This document shows positions 43,301 through 55,400 of a stretch of 64,000 nt of DNA, in pieces; the first letter of the stretch is position 1, and each line of letters begins with the position of its first letter. The position numbers and the translations under genes are program-made. A model generated the notes under the pieces. It was not told the DNA's origin. It saw only the letters and a program-made list of their open reading frames with translations, and did no database searches. The stretch covers positions 1,987,053-2,051,052 of the forward strand of contig JBNZDD010013599.1 in the NCBI GenBank assembly GCA_050575255.1. Direction: 5' to 3'. This stretch comes from Harriotta raleighana (Eukaryota).

Positions 43301-46300
43301 ATGTAATTTCCAGTAATCTTAGGAGAGTACAGATCTATTAACCCAAACTATCTGCTGCTGAAGTGCTGTGAGACAGATAAATTACTTAGTCTTGGCGATA
43401 AGCAGGAAACAAAACAACACTGGACGATTTGAACACACATTTCTTGCTCAGCAGAATCCCCTTGGAAAATAGGAAGATCCCTAACGCTGCATTTATATAG
43501 CGCACATGGTGGTGATTCAAGAAGGACAACACACACAGATGTCCTATCACCTGAAGGAGTTCGTTTTCAGGAGCAAGGCGAATGCGAAAGAAATCAACTG
43601 TGTGATGAACAAATTTGAACAGCGGTAAATCCGCTTGTCATTGCAATCACGCCATTTGTTACTTCCTGGCTGAGTTTTCAATGTTCAGCGTGCTGTTACT
43701 CAATTGTCAACAGAGCATTTCTCACTGACGTGGAGAAAGAAATGAATGCCATTTACAGTTGTGAAACGAGGGCGGCGTTCAGCATCAAGTCATCCCTTAG
43801 GGCATCGTAACGAGTAAAAATTACCATCCAAACCTTTGCTAGCACAATAAAGGTCTAAAGACATTCACTTATTTACCGTTACTTATCATTTCATTGGAGC
43901 ATCTTCGATGCTCACTGATCCAGGAGCACACGCTATTTTTTTTAATAAACTCGAAAATGTCTCCACAGTAGGTGTCTACCAATTAGCGAGATGAGTATTA
44001 AAATAATAATCCAACCTCTCTCATCCATGTGTTTGTCTCCTGCCTTCTCCAGATCTGTAATTCTTGCCTGCAGCCTGGTATTATCATCGTTTAGATCCCT
44101 GAGAAGCTGTTCAGTTAGGCTTTCGTTAATCATTGCTCTGTTCTGGATACTCTTAGCTCTTGTTTTAAAAATAGAGAACACACAAATTATATCTGTATGT
44201 CATTAGCATTGACGCATGTATCATTATAAACCGTATGACTGTATCGTTAGGCATAACATAAAGTTATTTTAATATCTCCGAAGTGTCTTGCTTCACTAGA
44301 TAATATTGGTTTGGGGAAGATGGGCATCAGAGAGGATGCTCTGGGGATAGATGCGCCATTTCTGCTGGGAAATTAATATGGAGGATGATGTCCGTATCTA
44401 GATGGAAAGTACAGGTCTTCATTGTGATGACTTTTAATAAAGTTAAATGCATTTTTTGTGTTTCTCCACATTAGGTCTCTTCCCTCATTGCCTTTTCGGG
44501 TTGCGTACTTCCAAACTAGACTCGACAGACAGAAGAGATGAGCACAGTGACTGATGCTTGACTGTTTGTGAATGAATGGAGAAAGCTCGGATCTCATTAC
44601 TTCTAATGGCCTTTAATAAGTTTTGTGATTGCGGAAATGTTTTCAGTACAGGGAGACAAATGATGTATGTTGGATGTTTTTTTTTAACCACTTGAGAGGC
44701 AGTTCCCAGCTGAACAAGCCCAGGTTTGAGTAATAGATTAGATTGGTTACCAACTCATTCGTTTAACAATTGAATCACAAAATTAATAGCCAATGCAGGA
44801 ATTAATGTAAATGCCTAGTCTTGGAATCAATGTAAGCATTTCAACACAAGCTAATGATTTCTAATGATCACAACACAGTGAAATGAAAGAAAGAGGACTT
44901 CGACGTCTCCCAAACGTCTTTCTCAAACAATACTTTAAAAGACATTCGTTTTGTGAACAGAGGTATACGTCCCAGAAGCAATAGAAGGAAATGGAAATAA
45001 GTAGCAGGAACTGAAGATATATTGCAGAATCAGATGGGAAGATTCAGAAATAAGCAATCCTTTGTCATTCCCCACCTTTCCGCAAAGCGTAATGTTGACA
45101 TGGTTTCATCATAATTGATGTCTGCTGGACTTATTGTTGCGATCTGTAAAGCAGGTTTGGGGCAAACAAACAATAAATCATATCAAATGGATCCAGGATG
45201 TATATCATCTGCTGTACTTTGTTTATTTTAGAAGCTTAATGTTTTCAAAAGTTTTTTTTTAAAAACTTTCTACTCTCTGACAAAGAAACCTCACACAGGC
45301 AATCCATCCACTTTCAAATCAACTCCAATCCAACATCCGCATGACTCAAAAACAAGAGAAGCAAACGAAACTGATAATTATTTGGATGTTGAGGAAACAG
45401 GCTGAAATAATGACACTTCAAACCTGGAATAAAAAGGGAATCTTAGCTTTTCTCTACCCAATTCTCTTTCTTTCTCTCTCTCCTAAAAGGGATGACACTG
45501 TGCTTGAGTACAGTTTCATACGAGTTGACAGCTCTCCAGTATCTCATCTAAGCTGCCAATCTTCACGGATGAGCTGAGTCAGTGAGTGTAGATAAGCCAT
45601 CAGATCATAGGGGACATCACAGATGATCCCAATCTCATCGAATATTCACGAACACGCACACACATACACACACACACATACACACAGATTCCAGAAAACA
45701 AAAGCTTGACAAAATCGGAATTGTGAATACAATCTAATATTAATCCTTTCCCTATAAAAATTGTTGTACATATAGAGTTTGACCTCTTCATTCATTTTAT
45801 TTAAGATCAGCTAATGACCTGGCTANGAAAACAAAAGCTTGACAAAATCGGAATTGTGAATACAATCTAATATTAATCCTTTCCCTATAAAAATTGTTGT
45901 ACATATAGTTTGACCTCTTCATTCATTTTATTTAAGATCAGCTAATGACCTGGCTAATCTCCAGGTCAGAGATTGTTAGCCCCCCTCTTCTTGTGCTTCA
46001 CTGAAAGATGCTGATTAGCATTCAGTTATTTGGATTTTATTTCCTCGACCTTTTAGCCTCCTGATGGTCCAGTGATTTGTGGCAAACCATCTGATTTTTA
46101 AAATTTGATTAGATCCAATTCCAGCTTAGCAACTTGTGGACGTCAGGGATATGTACGCAAGTTATGAAACAATCGCTGATTTGTCCCACTCCTATGCGCA
46201 GACCCAATGAAATACAAAGATATCCTTCCCCAGTGAAATTGTGTCCCATTGTGTATGATATCGACGTACGCAAATGAGGCTACTAAAATCAGTGCTGAAT

Positions 46301-49300
46301 GTGAGTGTGGGGCACTTGCACTTCACGTCACAATCTTGCAAACAGGACTCTTGTTTGCAAGATTGTGTTCACTGGAGCTGAAAGTATAGATGTACTAATT
46401 TCCTCTGGCATTTTCTCTCGAGTGGTTTGTAACTTCAGCTACCTACAACGTAGGCAGCCGAAAGACTTTGTCCTGTCTGAGCTGTGGAGAATCAGTGGGC
46501 ATCTCTATCAAATGATCAATACTCACCAAAACAGTCTTACTGTTGCCTCCCAGGGATGTGCTGAGCAGTCTGGTGAGCACTGAATTGCGGTAGGGAATAT
46601 ACAGAACTTTTCTTCCAAACGCTTTGTCTGATAAGGCACTGACAATACATAAGAAACCCCACGCAGCTACTTTAAGCACAGGCTTATAAAGATATCAGGT
46701 GAAGCTACACTGACAATGTTTACCATTTACAGTATACAGAGCTGTGCAGGAAAGCGGGCATAAATATTAAAACCACAGACTGAACTCCAAAGGCAATATC
46801 AGTTTCATTCGCTTTCCGAGGAAAGGTCAGGTTGGGTTAAGCTTACCTAATAACATTTCCAAGAGTTGTTAGACTGAGATTGATTGCCCGCGCTTCATTG
46901 AATCTGTCAGAAGCGACTCCTGCACTCCGCTGTCTCTCACTCCCAGCCAAATCCACCAGATCAATTTCTGAATGCTTCGTCGTGGGCTGGTCTGCAAAAA
47001 CCTGCTGCGAATACTAAATAGCTGTTAATTTGTTTGTGAAACTGGACATCCATCGTGCGAGACTGAATTACACTTGCGGAGAAGCATCACCATCAAGGAA
47101 AAAAAAACGACCAAATTCATCACAAGTCACGAAACATGAAGATGTACCAAATTGTGGGTGAACAGGTTCTTTCAATGAATGATGAATATAGTGTTTGGCT
47201 GCATAGGCGAAACTGTGACTCTTAGAAAAGCTCAATGTAAGTTCTTTAAACAATCCCTCTGTTCATTCTGTTGGGAGTAAGATACTTTTCTTCAGCAATA
47301 TTCGACAGAATTCCTAAAGTTAGACTGTTAAGGATTTCCTTTGAACCTACAACTAAAAATATACCCAGCCCAATCCCCACATGTGTCTGCTAGACTATAA
47401 TTGTGTTAATGGCCCCGCCGCTAATGTATTCACCAATCCCGAAAAATATATTGCTTTTCAATAATATCCCAGGACGGAATCACATGATTCTAATTTAACG
47501 TGGATTATGGAATAAATTCTAAGATAGAAAAAGAAAACCTTGCAGTTGATAGTTAGCATTGTTAGGACATAAATAATGGCGTCAATGGGAGATAATTCAC
47601 TCGCTTTGTGGCATGGGACAATAACATCTTGGCCTTGGACAGTTAAAGCCACTCTTCTGATGGACAAGCAATATTGAGGCATAAATCAGGGCTGTTACAT
47701 TTGAGAGGCAATCATGCAATACTAGTTTATAGCACAGGTGGGTTTAGGGAGGTGATTTATGAAAGGTGGTTCCCGAGTTCCTTCACTGGCACTTAAGACT
47801 CAGGCATCACCTTTATACCTTACCACACACATGAGGTAAAATAGATTTGCTCTACTTACACAGCATTTCAAAGCATCTAGAATTTTACAAATTCTTAAAC
47901 ACTTTACTTTTGAAGCCGACTTTCTGTGCGATGAATCAAGAAATAGAGATAACCAACCTCAACGTTAAGTCTAAATTCAATATTTTACTAAACTCTGGAT
48001 GCTCTAAACTTACGGGCTCCCTGAACATTCACATAAGTCTAGGCAGGTCTGTGTTTCCATCAGTAGTAGTGTTTTCAGCCTCTTCAAGATTCAAGATGTC
48101 TTCAATCAAGAAATATTCATTTCTTGATTTATGACATGAATATGGATTCCCATCTGCCCCCCACCACAAACAGAATCTAAGTATTATTTATTATGACAGA
48201 TATGCAACCAGTCTTGACCTGTGACTTAATCCTAGAATACTTGTCGCCCACTTTCACCATTGCTGCCATTTCATTATTTCATTTACCCCTCTCTCGTTTT
48301 AACTGACGCCCTTGTTTTCATTGATTGTTTCCGTATCTGGCTAATGGATAGGATCAAATACCTTGACCTGTGAAATCGTCAAGTGTGACTTATGGCAGCA
48401 TGCAAATTGCACTAAATCACCTAAGATAATTCGCCTGTGATATCTCAGTGCTTCTTCTTCAAATTTTACCTGCCATTAGACATTCTATTTGATCACTCGC
48501 CGGCACGACAGACATTGCATAATGTATTCAATTTTATGAGACGTTACATTATGTTCATTAGAAGTGATACCACTGCAGGGCTTTTTCCCAACGTGTTGCG
48601 GAGTCTTAACATCAAATGTCAGAAGAATTACATGCTCCTCGCTGGTTTCCACTGTGGGCTTACACCACGTACCTGTTGAAAGCGAATGGTAATCACCATA
48701 TGAGATCTGCTACTGGTTGTGTTCCTATTAGTGGCAGCAGTGCTGCGATTTCTAATTCCTTGTTCGAGGAAAGCCTCTAGCTGCTTATAACTAGTGCACG
48801 GAACTGACTTGAGACACTCGACGTAGAATCCGTGGCTGCCTTCTCGCAATCGCAAACCGCTGGGCTTTCGAGCCTTGGACAAAAGGTCCTGAATCTTCAA
48901 AAATCAAAGGGATATTAATCGTTAACACAGTCGGGCAGAAATGGCGTTAAGATATTTCTACAGCTGTCACAGCTCATTTTGGTTTACATCAGCCAACGCC
49001 GATGGTTCCTTTGTTAGAGCTNTATTTCTACAGCTGTCACCGCTCATTTTGGTTTACATCAGCCAACGCCGATGGTTCCTTTGTTAGAGCTATCAGCTTT
49101 AAAGATCCATACTGAATATTCACAACATGCAAGAGAAAAATAGTGCATTTAAACAAATACTACACAAGGGAGAGTCATGGTTAAAGTTCAAAGAGATGTT
49201 ACATAGCAGCATATTGGATTATGATAGAGAGGTAAGACACTAGCTATGCCCGTTATACTCTCACGTCCTCCCGACGCGAAAGGCGTTCTAGAAACATATC

Positions 49301-52300
49301 TGTGTTGTCGTTGTTGGAGTGATGAAGAAGCGGAAGAAATGCTTTCCATTGTTCACATATGTTCAAAATGCCTGCCCCTGTTTGTATAATCAAACTAAAA
49401 TACCTAAATCTGGGTTTAGACCTGGGCGAATTGGAATCACATCTGAGTAACTGCGTGGAAAAGTCAATACACTCACTTGTTCATTGTAGATCTCGAATAT
49501 ACTGAAGTAAACCTGCAAGAGATGTCACATCATGAGTTACTGGCACTGTGTTTAGTGTGAGGCTAAATAAAATATGACGAGGATTCACTCTGCAAAAGGG
49601 TTGTTCCCGCTGCTTACGTGAAACTGTTTGTCCTCATTCTGATGCTGCTGAATTCCCTGAAAGAGTTCTTCACAAATCATGGGAACGAGTCCTTTGTTTC
49701 CACCATATCCTGTCATTGAGTAACTCTTTCCTGATCCAGTCTGTCCATAAGAAAATAGAGTTGCGTTGTATCCTTTCCACACATTCTCCAAGAGAGCTCT
49801 CCCAAGGTCACTGAAGACGCGTTCCTTGGAATAATTATAACGCAAATGAATTCCTCTTCACATTTTCATAACGCACACCACATTGTATTTTTATTTAACT
49901 TTGGGATAAGGTTTTAATTAATATCTGAGCCAAAGCCACAGTAATATTTCAAGAAATTCTTTGCAATGTTTGCACAAAATCCAATATGATTATGACAATC
50001 AGACCAATGTTAACTTTAATTACGTTTATATTGGGGGAGATTAATGCGACTGACCTGTCCCACATATCTGCTGTGAGGTCCGTCAGGCATGTAAACCCCT
50101 TGGTCATTCTCCATATATTCGTCAGTTGACCAGTAGCAATAATCAAAGAGAAATGTTCTCTTGTCGCCGAAGCTTTTGGGATCCACAATGGTGGTACGGT
50201 TTCCAAGCATGGAAATGATGCATTTGCTTCTCACAGCCTTTTCTCTCTTGCACACAAACGACAAACGTTGACGATATTGGAGGATATTTAGCGAACGCCA
50301 TAGCCAACTCAGGCCCACAAACGGTCAGCAACAAATAAGAATTAACAATGCCCTCAGTTCACACAATCGTATACATAACGCCGAAGATCAATTCAGTATC
50401 GTCGGATCATTTATGATCTACCAGATCATTTATCATAGGTGTGAGGGACGCTGCTGTGCGCAATTGGCTGCCGCTTAGCGCCCACATATGTAGAGTCAAT
50501 TCACTTTACAGTACATTCTGTGAAGCACTTTGAGAACAACAACAACAAGATTGCATTTATAGAGCGCGTTTCACGTCAGGAGGACGTCCCAAGGCGCTAG
50601 ACAGTTGGTTTAGGACTCGAGCAGGGGGAAATGATCAGGGCGAGGGGAGGGAGGGAGGGAGCGAGGAGGGGGTAGAGAGTCGAGAGGGGAGCTGAAGGCA
50701 CGGTCGAAGAGAAAGGTCTTGAGACCGGCCTTGAAAGAGGGAAAGGAGGAAGCGAGGCAAAGGCCCTGGGGGATGGAGTTCCAGAGCCTGGGGGCTGAGC
50801 GGCTGAAAGCCCGGCCGCCGATGGTGGGACGGTTAGGGCAGGGGATGTGGAGCAGACCAGAGCCAGAGGAACGGAGGGTACGGGCAGGTAGATAGGGGGA
50901 TAGAAGGTCGGAGAGGTAGGAGGGAGCAAGGCCGTGAAGTCTAGAAGACGTGAAAAAGCACTGCATCAAATGCAAGGATTATTATTAATTGCCAGGCAAG
51001 TATTGGGAGAACTATTTGAAGGCATTACATGCACATACGGATAGTAAGGAGTGGGGAAAAAAAAGCCCAGAGATCCTTCAATCTTCCTCCCCACCCCTAC
51101 TCGACAGTCCACCCGATATTCATCTACACATCTCTCCTGATCCTGGTCACCCAGTCCTCTCTTCTCTCAGAGACCAGCGGAGTTCAAAAACTGTAGAACA
51201 CCCCCTACACTCACGCAAAACAAGGAAAATTTAAAAGAAAAACGTTGTACCTGGGAAAATTCCCTCCCGACTCCAAAAAGCAGTCAAAGATTAAGCCACA
51301 TTTCACTCTGCTTTTTTAAATGAATTCAGAATGATTTTTCTGCACAAGCCTGCATGATTGGAACACTTTAGAGGCCTCGTGTGCATAGTCAATGCAAATC
51401 GCTAGTAGAAAATATGCTACGATTTATCAGTTGTGCTCAATTTTCCCCCCTATAACATTGGGCTCTCTTGGGTTTAAGCTGAATGCCCTTGTCTCATCTT
51501 TGTTCTTCAACTCTGAAGAAAATGTATAAATGTTTGGTTTGCAATCCACCACAGAGACCCCGATCTAAAACTCATCGGGATATTTTTTTTAAAAAGAATA
51601 AAATTTAAACATTGTTCAGCTGTCTGGGTTGATTTTCGTTTTAGATTTTGTGGGGAATAAATAGATTTATTTGATGGTTTTGTTTCTTGCACCGTGCACT
51701 CGTCCCCTATCGGAAACCACAACACTGGATTCTAGTTAGTCTGAATCATTTTGTACTATAATAATAATAATAATAATCCTTGCATTTGATATAGCGCTTT
51801 TCACATCTTATCAACGTCCCAAAGCGCTTCACAGAATATACTGTAAAGTGAATTGACTGTATATTTGTGGGCGTAATGCGGCAGCCAATTGCACACAGCA
51901 GCGTCCCCCAAACAGTCATGGATTGAAATGACCAATTTTATTATTGTAGTTTTTTTTTTTGGAGGGATTATTATTAGGCATGTGGAGTAAGGAAACTTGC
52001 CCAAGGTTTCGCCCTGATCTGCCTGGATTCGAACACAGGTCTCATGCTATCTCTGCGATGAAACAGTCGTTTAATGTTGTGTGCAGCTTTCGAGGTGGCT
52101 GTGGTCACCATGTTTATAATGAATGCGACTACACACATGTGGAAAATTACATTTTTTTTTTTTTAAAGTAGCATTCCACTGCCCAATGCTTTTCCAACTA
52201 ACACCTCACAACATTTCAATAGTTTTTAGGAACTGTTTAATTCAATTCTGTGCTGGAAAATAATCACTCTTTTTAATAGGTCCGCAGTCAAGGTTGCATA

Positions 52301-52406
52301 ATGGAATTTAATGTAAATGGCACTTGAAAATGTTGAAATGGAACTCGCTTACCTGATCGAATGGGCGTACACGGACAGCAACTTTTACGCTATCTGCATT
52401 GAGCAT
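28138..52406 (-). CDS. KIF28: Kinesin-3 family KIF28-like motor protein, 24 coding exons, 3135 nt, 1044 aa (motor, neck coil, FHA, C-terminal coiled coils)
   Basis: All 23 introns are GT-AG with matching phases and there is no internal stop. Motifs: [17 protein letters not shown] (P-loop), SSRSH (switch I), DLAGSER (switch II), [25 protein letters not shown] (HLDRVILG), FWDPIE. Family assignment is strong; ortholog versus ohnolog is unresolved. Confidence 0.9.
29437..29597 (-). CDS. KIF28: KIF28-like exon 23
   Basis: [26 protein letters not shown]; |gtaaga. Confidence 0.85.
29660..29912 (+). mobile_element. CR1-type LINE 3' end, diverged
   Basis: gtgggattagattgg...gatgggtcaaatggcc...ctgtaatattctgagattct. 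Confidence 0.65.
30004..30166 (-). CDS. KIF28: KIF28-like exon 22 (coiled coil)
   Basis: [27 protein letters not shown]; phase 0-1. Confidence 0.8.
30319..30425 (-). CDS. KIF28: KIF28-like exon 21
   Basis: [24 protein letters not shown]...; phase 1-0. Confidence 0.82.
30737..30903 (-). CDS. KIF28: KIF28-like exon 20
   Basis: [12 protein letters not shown]...[18 protein letters not shown]. Confidence 0.9.
32030..32164 (-). CDS. KIF28: KIF28-like exon 19
   Basis: [22 protein letters not shown]...CLGVRW...RGVQIG. Confidence 0.9.
32630..32900 (+). mobile_element. SINE, 5' truncated
   Basis: ctccacatgcctgataataatccctc...aatgcaaggattattatt. Confidence 0.8.
34401..34529 (-). CDS. KIF28: KIF28-like exon 18
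   Basis: [12 protein letters not shown]...[18 protein letters not shown]. Confidence 0.9.
34770..34915 (-). CDS. KIF28: KIF28-like exon 17
   Basis: [12 protein letters not shown]...[13 protein letters not shown]. Confidence 0.9.
35539..35646 (-). CDS. KIF28: KIF28-like exon 16
   Basis: [36 protein letters not shown]; |gtgagt. Confidence 0.88.
36538..36656 (-). CDS. KIF28: KIF28-like exon 15
   Basis: [21 protein letters not shown]. Confidence 0.88.
38366..38513 (-). CDS. KIF28: KIF28-like exon 14
   Basis: [17 protein letters not shown]...YEYFASELA; the phase 1 donor was chosen to fit the next exon. Confidence 0.88.
38745..39029 (-). mobile_element. tRNA-derived SINE, full length
   Basis: Reverse A box ctaaccactgagcta, B box, body and (aat)n tail. 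Confidence 0.9.
39185..39308 (-). CDS. KIF28: KIF28-like exon 13 (FHA)
   Basis: ILDKHAVL...ARVIINGSP...LRHL. Confidence 0.9.
41288..41348 (-). CDS. KIF28: KIF28-like exon 12 (FHA)
   Basis: ICTIGR...IVLKGLG; |gtaagt. Confidence 0.9.
41784..41874 (-). CDS. KIF28: KIF28-like exon 11
   Basis: [23 protein letters not shown]. Confidence 0.93.
42964..43085 (-). CDS. KIF28: KIF28-like exon 10
   Basis: LRRLITDNE...[17 protein letters not shown]; |gtaagc. Confidence 0.9.
44016..44158 (-). CDS. KIF28: KIF28-like exon 9 (neck)
   Basis: [22 protein letters not shown]...; phase 2-1. Confidence 0.9.
45076..45143 (-). CDS. KIF28: KIF28-like exon 8
   Basis: [22 protein letters not shown]. Confidence 0.93.
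46527..46638 (-). CDS. KIF28: KIF28-like exon 7
   Basis: [24 protein letters not shown]; |gtgagt. Confidence 0.95.
46847..47001 (-). CDS. KIF28: KIF28-like exon 6 (switch II)
   Basis: [14 protein letters not shown]...[12 protein letters not shown]; |gtaagc. Confidence 0.95.
48673..48894 (-). CDS. KIF28: KIF28-like exon 5 (switch I)
   Basis: IQDLL...[20 protein letters not shown]; |gtacgt. Confidence 0.95.
49477..49512 (-). CDS. KIF28: KIF28-like exon 4
   Basis: [12 protein letters not shown]; cag| ... |gtgagt. Confidence 0.92.
49618..49824 (-). CDS. KIF28: KIF28-like exon 3 (P-loop)
   Basis: [20 protein letters not shown]; |gtaagc. Confidence 0.95.
50055..50246 (-). CDS. KIF28: KIF28-like exon 2
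   Basis: [13 protein letters not shown]...FLFDYCYWS...YVGQ; aag| ... |gtcagt. Confidence 0.92.
50443..50988 (+). mobile_element. SINE 3' half split by an L2 insertion
   Basis: SINE sequence stops at tgaagcactttgaga (50535) and resumes at gtctagaagacgtgaaaaagc (50939). Confidence 0.85.
50536..50938 (-). mobile_element. L2 LINE 3' fragment, well preserved
   Basis: [24 protein letters not shown]...[17 protein letters not shown]...[14 protein letters not shown] plus (ttg)n tail. Confidence 0.93.
51760..52048 (-). mobile_element. Young SINE lacking the A-box end
   Basis: (aat)n tail, body and reverse B box ggattcgaac. Confidence 0.9.
52353..52406 (-). CDS. KIF28: KIF28-like exon 1 ([18 protein letters not shown])
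   Basis: ATG at 52406; donor CAG|gtaagc. Confidence 0.9.
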
Positions 52407-55400
52407 TGTGAACTTGCTCGAGACAAATGGAAGTAAGTGTCGGAAAAATTGCACACTTAAAATACAGCAATGTCGGAAACTAGACGGTGAAATACAGCTG
52501 TTCGGCTTCAGGCAATGTTACCGTTGATGCATTTGGCCTTGCATCCTATTGTTGTCGTGTTTTACGTGTGGCTGTCCAAACAAGATGACCTTTCTTTGTG
52601 CGAGAGCATTCAGGTATTCAAGAGTGTAATGAGAGCTTCACAGATTCTCGTCTGAAGTTGATAAGTGACCAATCAAAACTCAGGGTCTTGTTCCCTTGGT
52701 AAGTGAGGCAGCACAACAGATCACCTAAAAAAAGAGATAAAGATATTTAAATTTGTCATGCCTTGGGAACCAGCTTTGGGAGACAAAATGCTACCACGAC
52801 TACCAACAATAATAATCCTTGCATTTGATAAGAGCGCTTTTGACAAAAGTGCTCAAAATGCTTCACAGAATAGACTGTAAAGTGAATGACACGCAATATC
52901 ATTAACAAGTCATTTAAGATTAACTTAAATACCAAAAAAAAATGGTTTAATGCGCCACTTTCTGCTTCTACAAAATTAATTAGGTGAGGTTTGAAATATT
53001 TAGGCAAGCGATTTAATTATTTAAATGCCATTAATTTTTACAAAGTTCATCAATAATTTATTCAGCATCCTCTTACTGGGGGCAACCGTGACACAACTCC
53101 ATTTTGTGTTGAATTAAAGTTTTAAAAGAAAGGTTCTTTCCTGTATCAGGTCTTTATTTTGATGCTAATGTATGCTCAAGCCTTCTGCCTACTTCTAGCC
53201 TCCGTTCTCAACAACTCTTTACCCAAGACAGCCTTCCCCGTTCTCCATTTCATCAGCTTTAATAGGGTTATTGCTTCTCTGAGCTTCTCGCTCTCAAATA
53301 CATGACTTGCTTTGGTCGTTCTGCCTTACTTTCCGTACTGTTCATGATTCTTTACTTCCCGACAAGTTAGAAGTTTGGTGTACTTATTTCTCACAAGCTT
53401 TGCCCCTTCATGAATTTCCACGCAGAAAATGTCTTTCTTGGATGTTCTTTCACTGTCCACACCCCCATGAGTGTTCATAGTAGCTCGAAACATGGTTGAA
53501 ATTGTAACTTTGTGAAACAGAGACCATCTGACTCAATCTCAGGCCCTACAGAGTTTAACTGGAGCATTGGGTGCCAGTTAGTCTGTTTACTGAGGAATAA
53601 TTATCAGTTGACGCATTTGGTGGAGTTAAGTAGAACAACGTTGCTTTGGATGGAAAGCAAATCTGAAATTAACAGTGATTCTTTGATGACAATGATGATT
53701 TATTATTTAAGAACATATTGTTTGAACAAATTATTATCGCTGTGTGACTAGACATGCATGACTCCCGCTTGCTTCGTTCATCTGAAGAGGTACAGTCTTG
53801 TGCAAGCTTTGATGGTTGATAAGATTATAGATTCATAGAGTTTGTGTATGATAATGAGCAGCTCGTGTGTTTAATTGGTTTCTTGAAACATGTTAGAAAA
53901 CACCCCATGTGGTTTTAATGAATATTAATCAAACCCTCAAGATAGAAAATCTAAAAGGTTCCTTGTTAGAAATAACATGAAGTTGAGCGAAAGGGTCAGT
54001 AAGAAAGAATTTAACAGCCCAGCAGCTATAGCTCCTATGAGTTAGCCCACGCAGCACTGTCCAATTCACTCTGGAGAATGGGGAGATAGATGACTGGAAT
54101 CAAGTAGCTGCCCTATCATTCATAGCGAGTTCTTAGTTTGAAGGAGAAATAAATTGCTATAGGGTTTGTGTCAGCGTTTGCAACCGTCGGCCAGAGGGTT
54201 GACAATCCAGTTACTCATTGATTTCGAAAATACTTCCAAGGAGTCAAACGGATTGTAATGGATATGGAGACTTGATATTATCAGCCTTCATTAGTACAGC
54301 ATCACCTCCAGCATTTCAAGTGTTGATGTACTGAAAATTGTTCAAATCTTAATTTTTTGGAAGAGGTGGATATATTGAGCTTAGTTTTTTTTTATATACC
54401 TTTGAAAATGGAAGGCTTAATCTGAAATAAATCATAAAACGGCCAATTACCCTGTGCTACCATAATATGACATTAGCGCATAAAAATAGCACAAAATCTG
54501 GCTAACGATGTAATAAAAAATGATCAAAAACAGAACAGTATCTGCTCGCACCAGCAAAAGCAGCTGGCTGGCATTATTCATCTGCAAATTCAATATTCTT
54601 GCACTTACCTTTGCATGAACCCATTTTATAAATAGTTCGAATAATCGAGAAGTTGGCTCGGGAGGGTGGGAGGGAGGGAGGAGGAGGGGGATGAGTTGAA
54701 TTTATTAAATTTTCTATATGGCACCTTCAATTTAAACTCAGCATTTGTCAGATGTGAATCAATTTGAACCAGATGGAACTTTACCTCATCTCGCCAAGTT
54801 GCCCGTCCTTATAGTCTATCTTGATTAAAAGTTGATGGTCAGAAATTGCACAGATGTTTTGCCTTCATCTCAATTTGTTGACTGAGTGTTATACTCAGTG
54901 AGCAGACAGTGTTGTGATTGAAACTATAGGCTGCAGTAAGATTATGTGTCTAATATAAAAATGATGCACACAGCAGGTTATGATGAACATGCTCAATCTA
55001 ATGAAAGTTCCTCATGCTGCAGTCAAACGTCTATCAATTATGTGACAAATTGAAAACAAAAGTGCTATGTCATACCTATTTACCAACTATACACAGTACC
55101 CACTTTGGTTGGGGGTTTTTTTTAACTGCTGATTACGATTGTCATCAGTTAATATCACTTTCTCTCTCCCCCCGCCCACCACACAGAAATACACACACAC
55201 ACACACTCGCAAAACAATACAGTGATTCCAATCCACTGGGACTCAATCAACATCCATTATCCTTCCACTTGATTGTCACCTACATACTGTACTTCTCCAA
55301 CCCCATTCCTTGACCCACCTGTGTTGCTGAGCTGGCATAAGTTTCAACATTGCCAGCCCTACTTCCAGCCCCAAAACTCAAAACTCCCTACCCCAAACCC

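Noticed and set aside
50597-50975. 110-aa and 121-aa ORFs
   Set aside because: Translations of the L2 fragment, not host genes.
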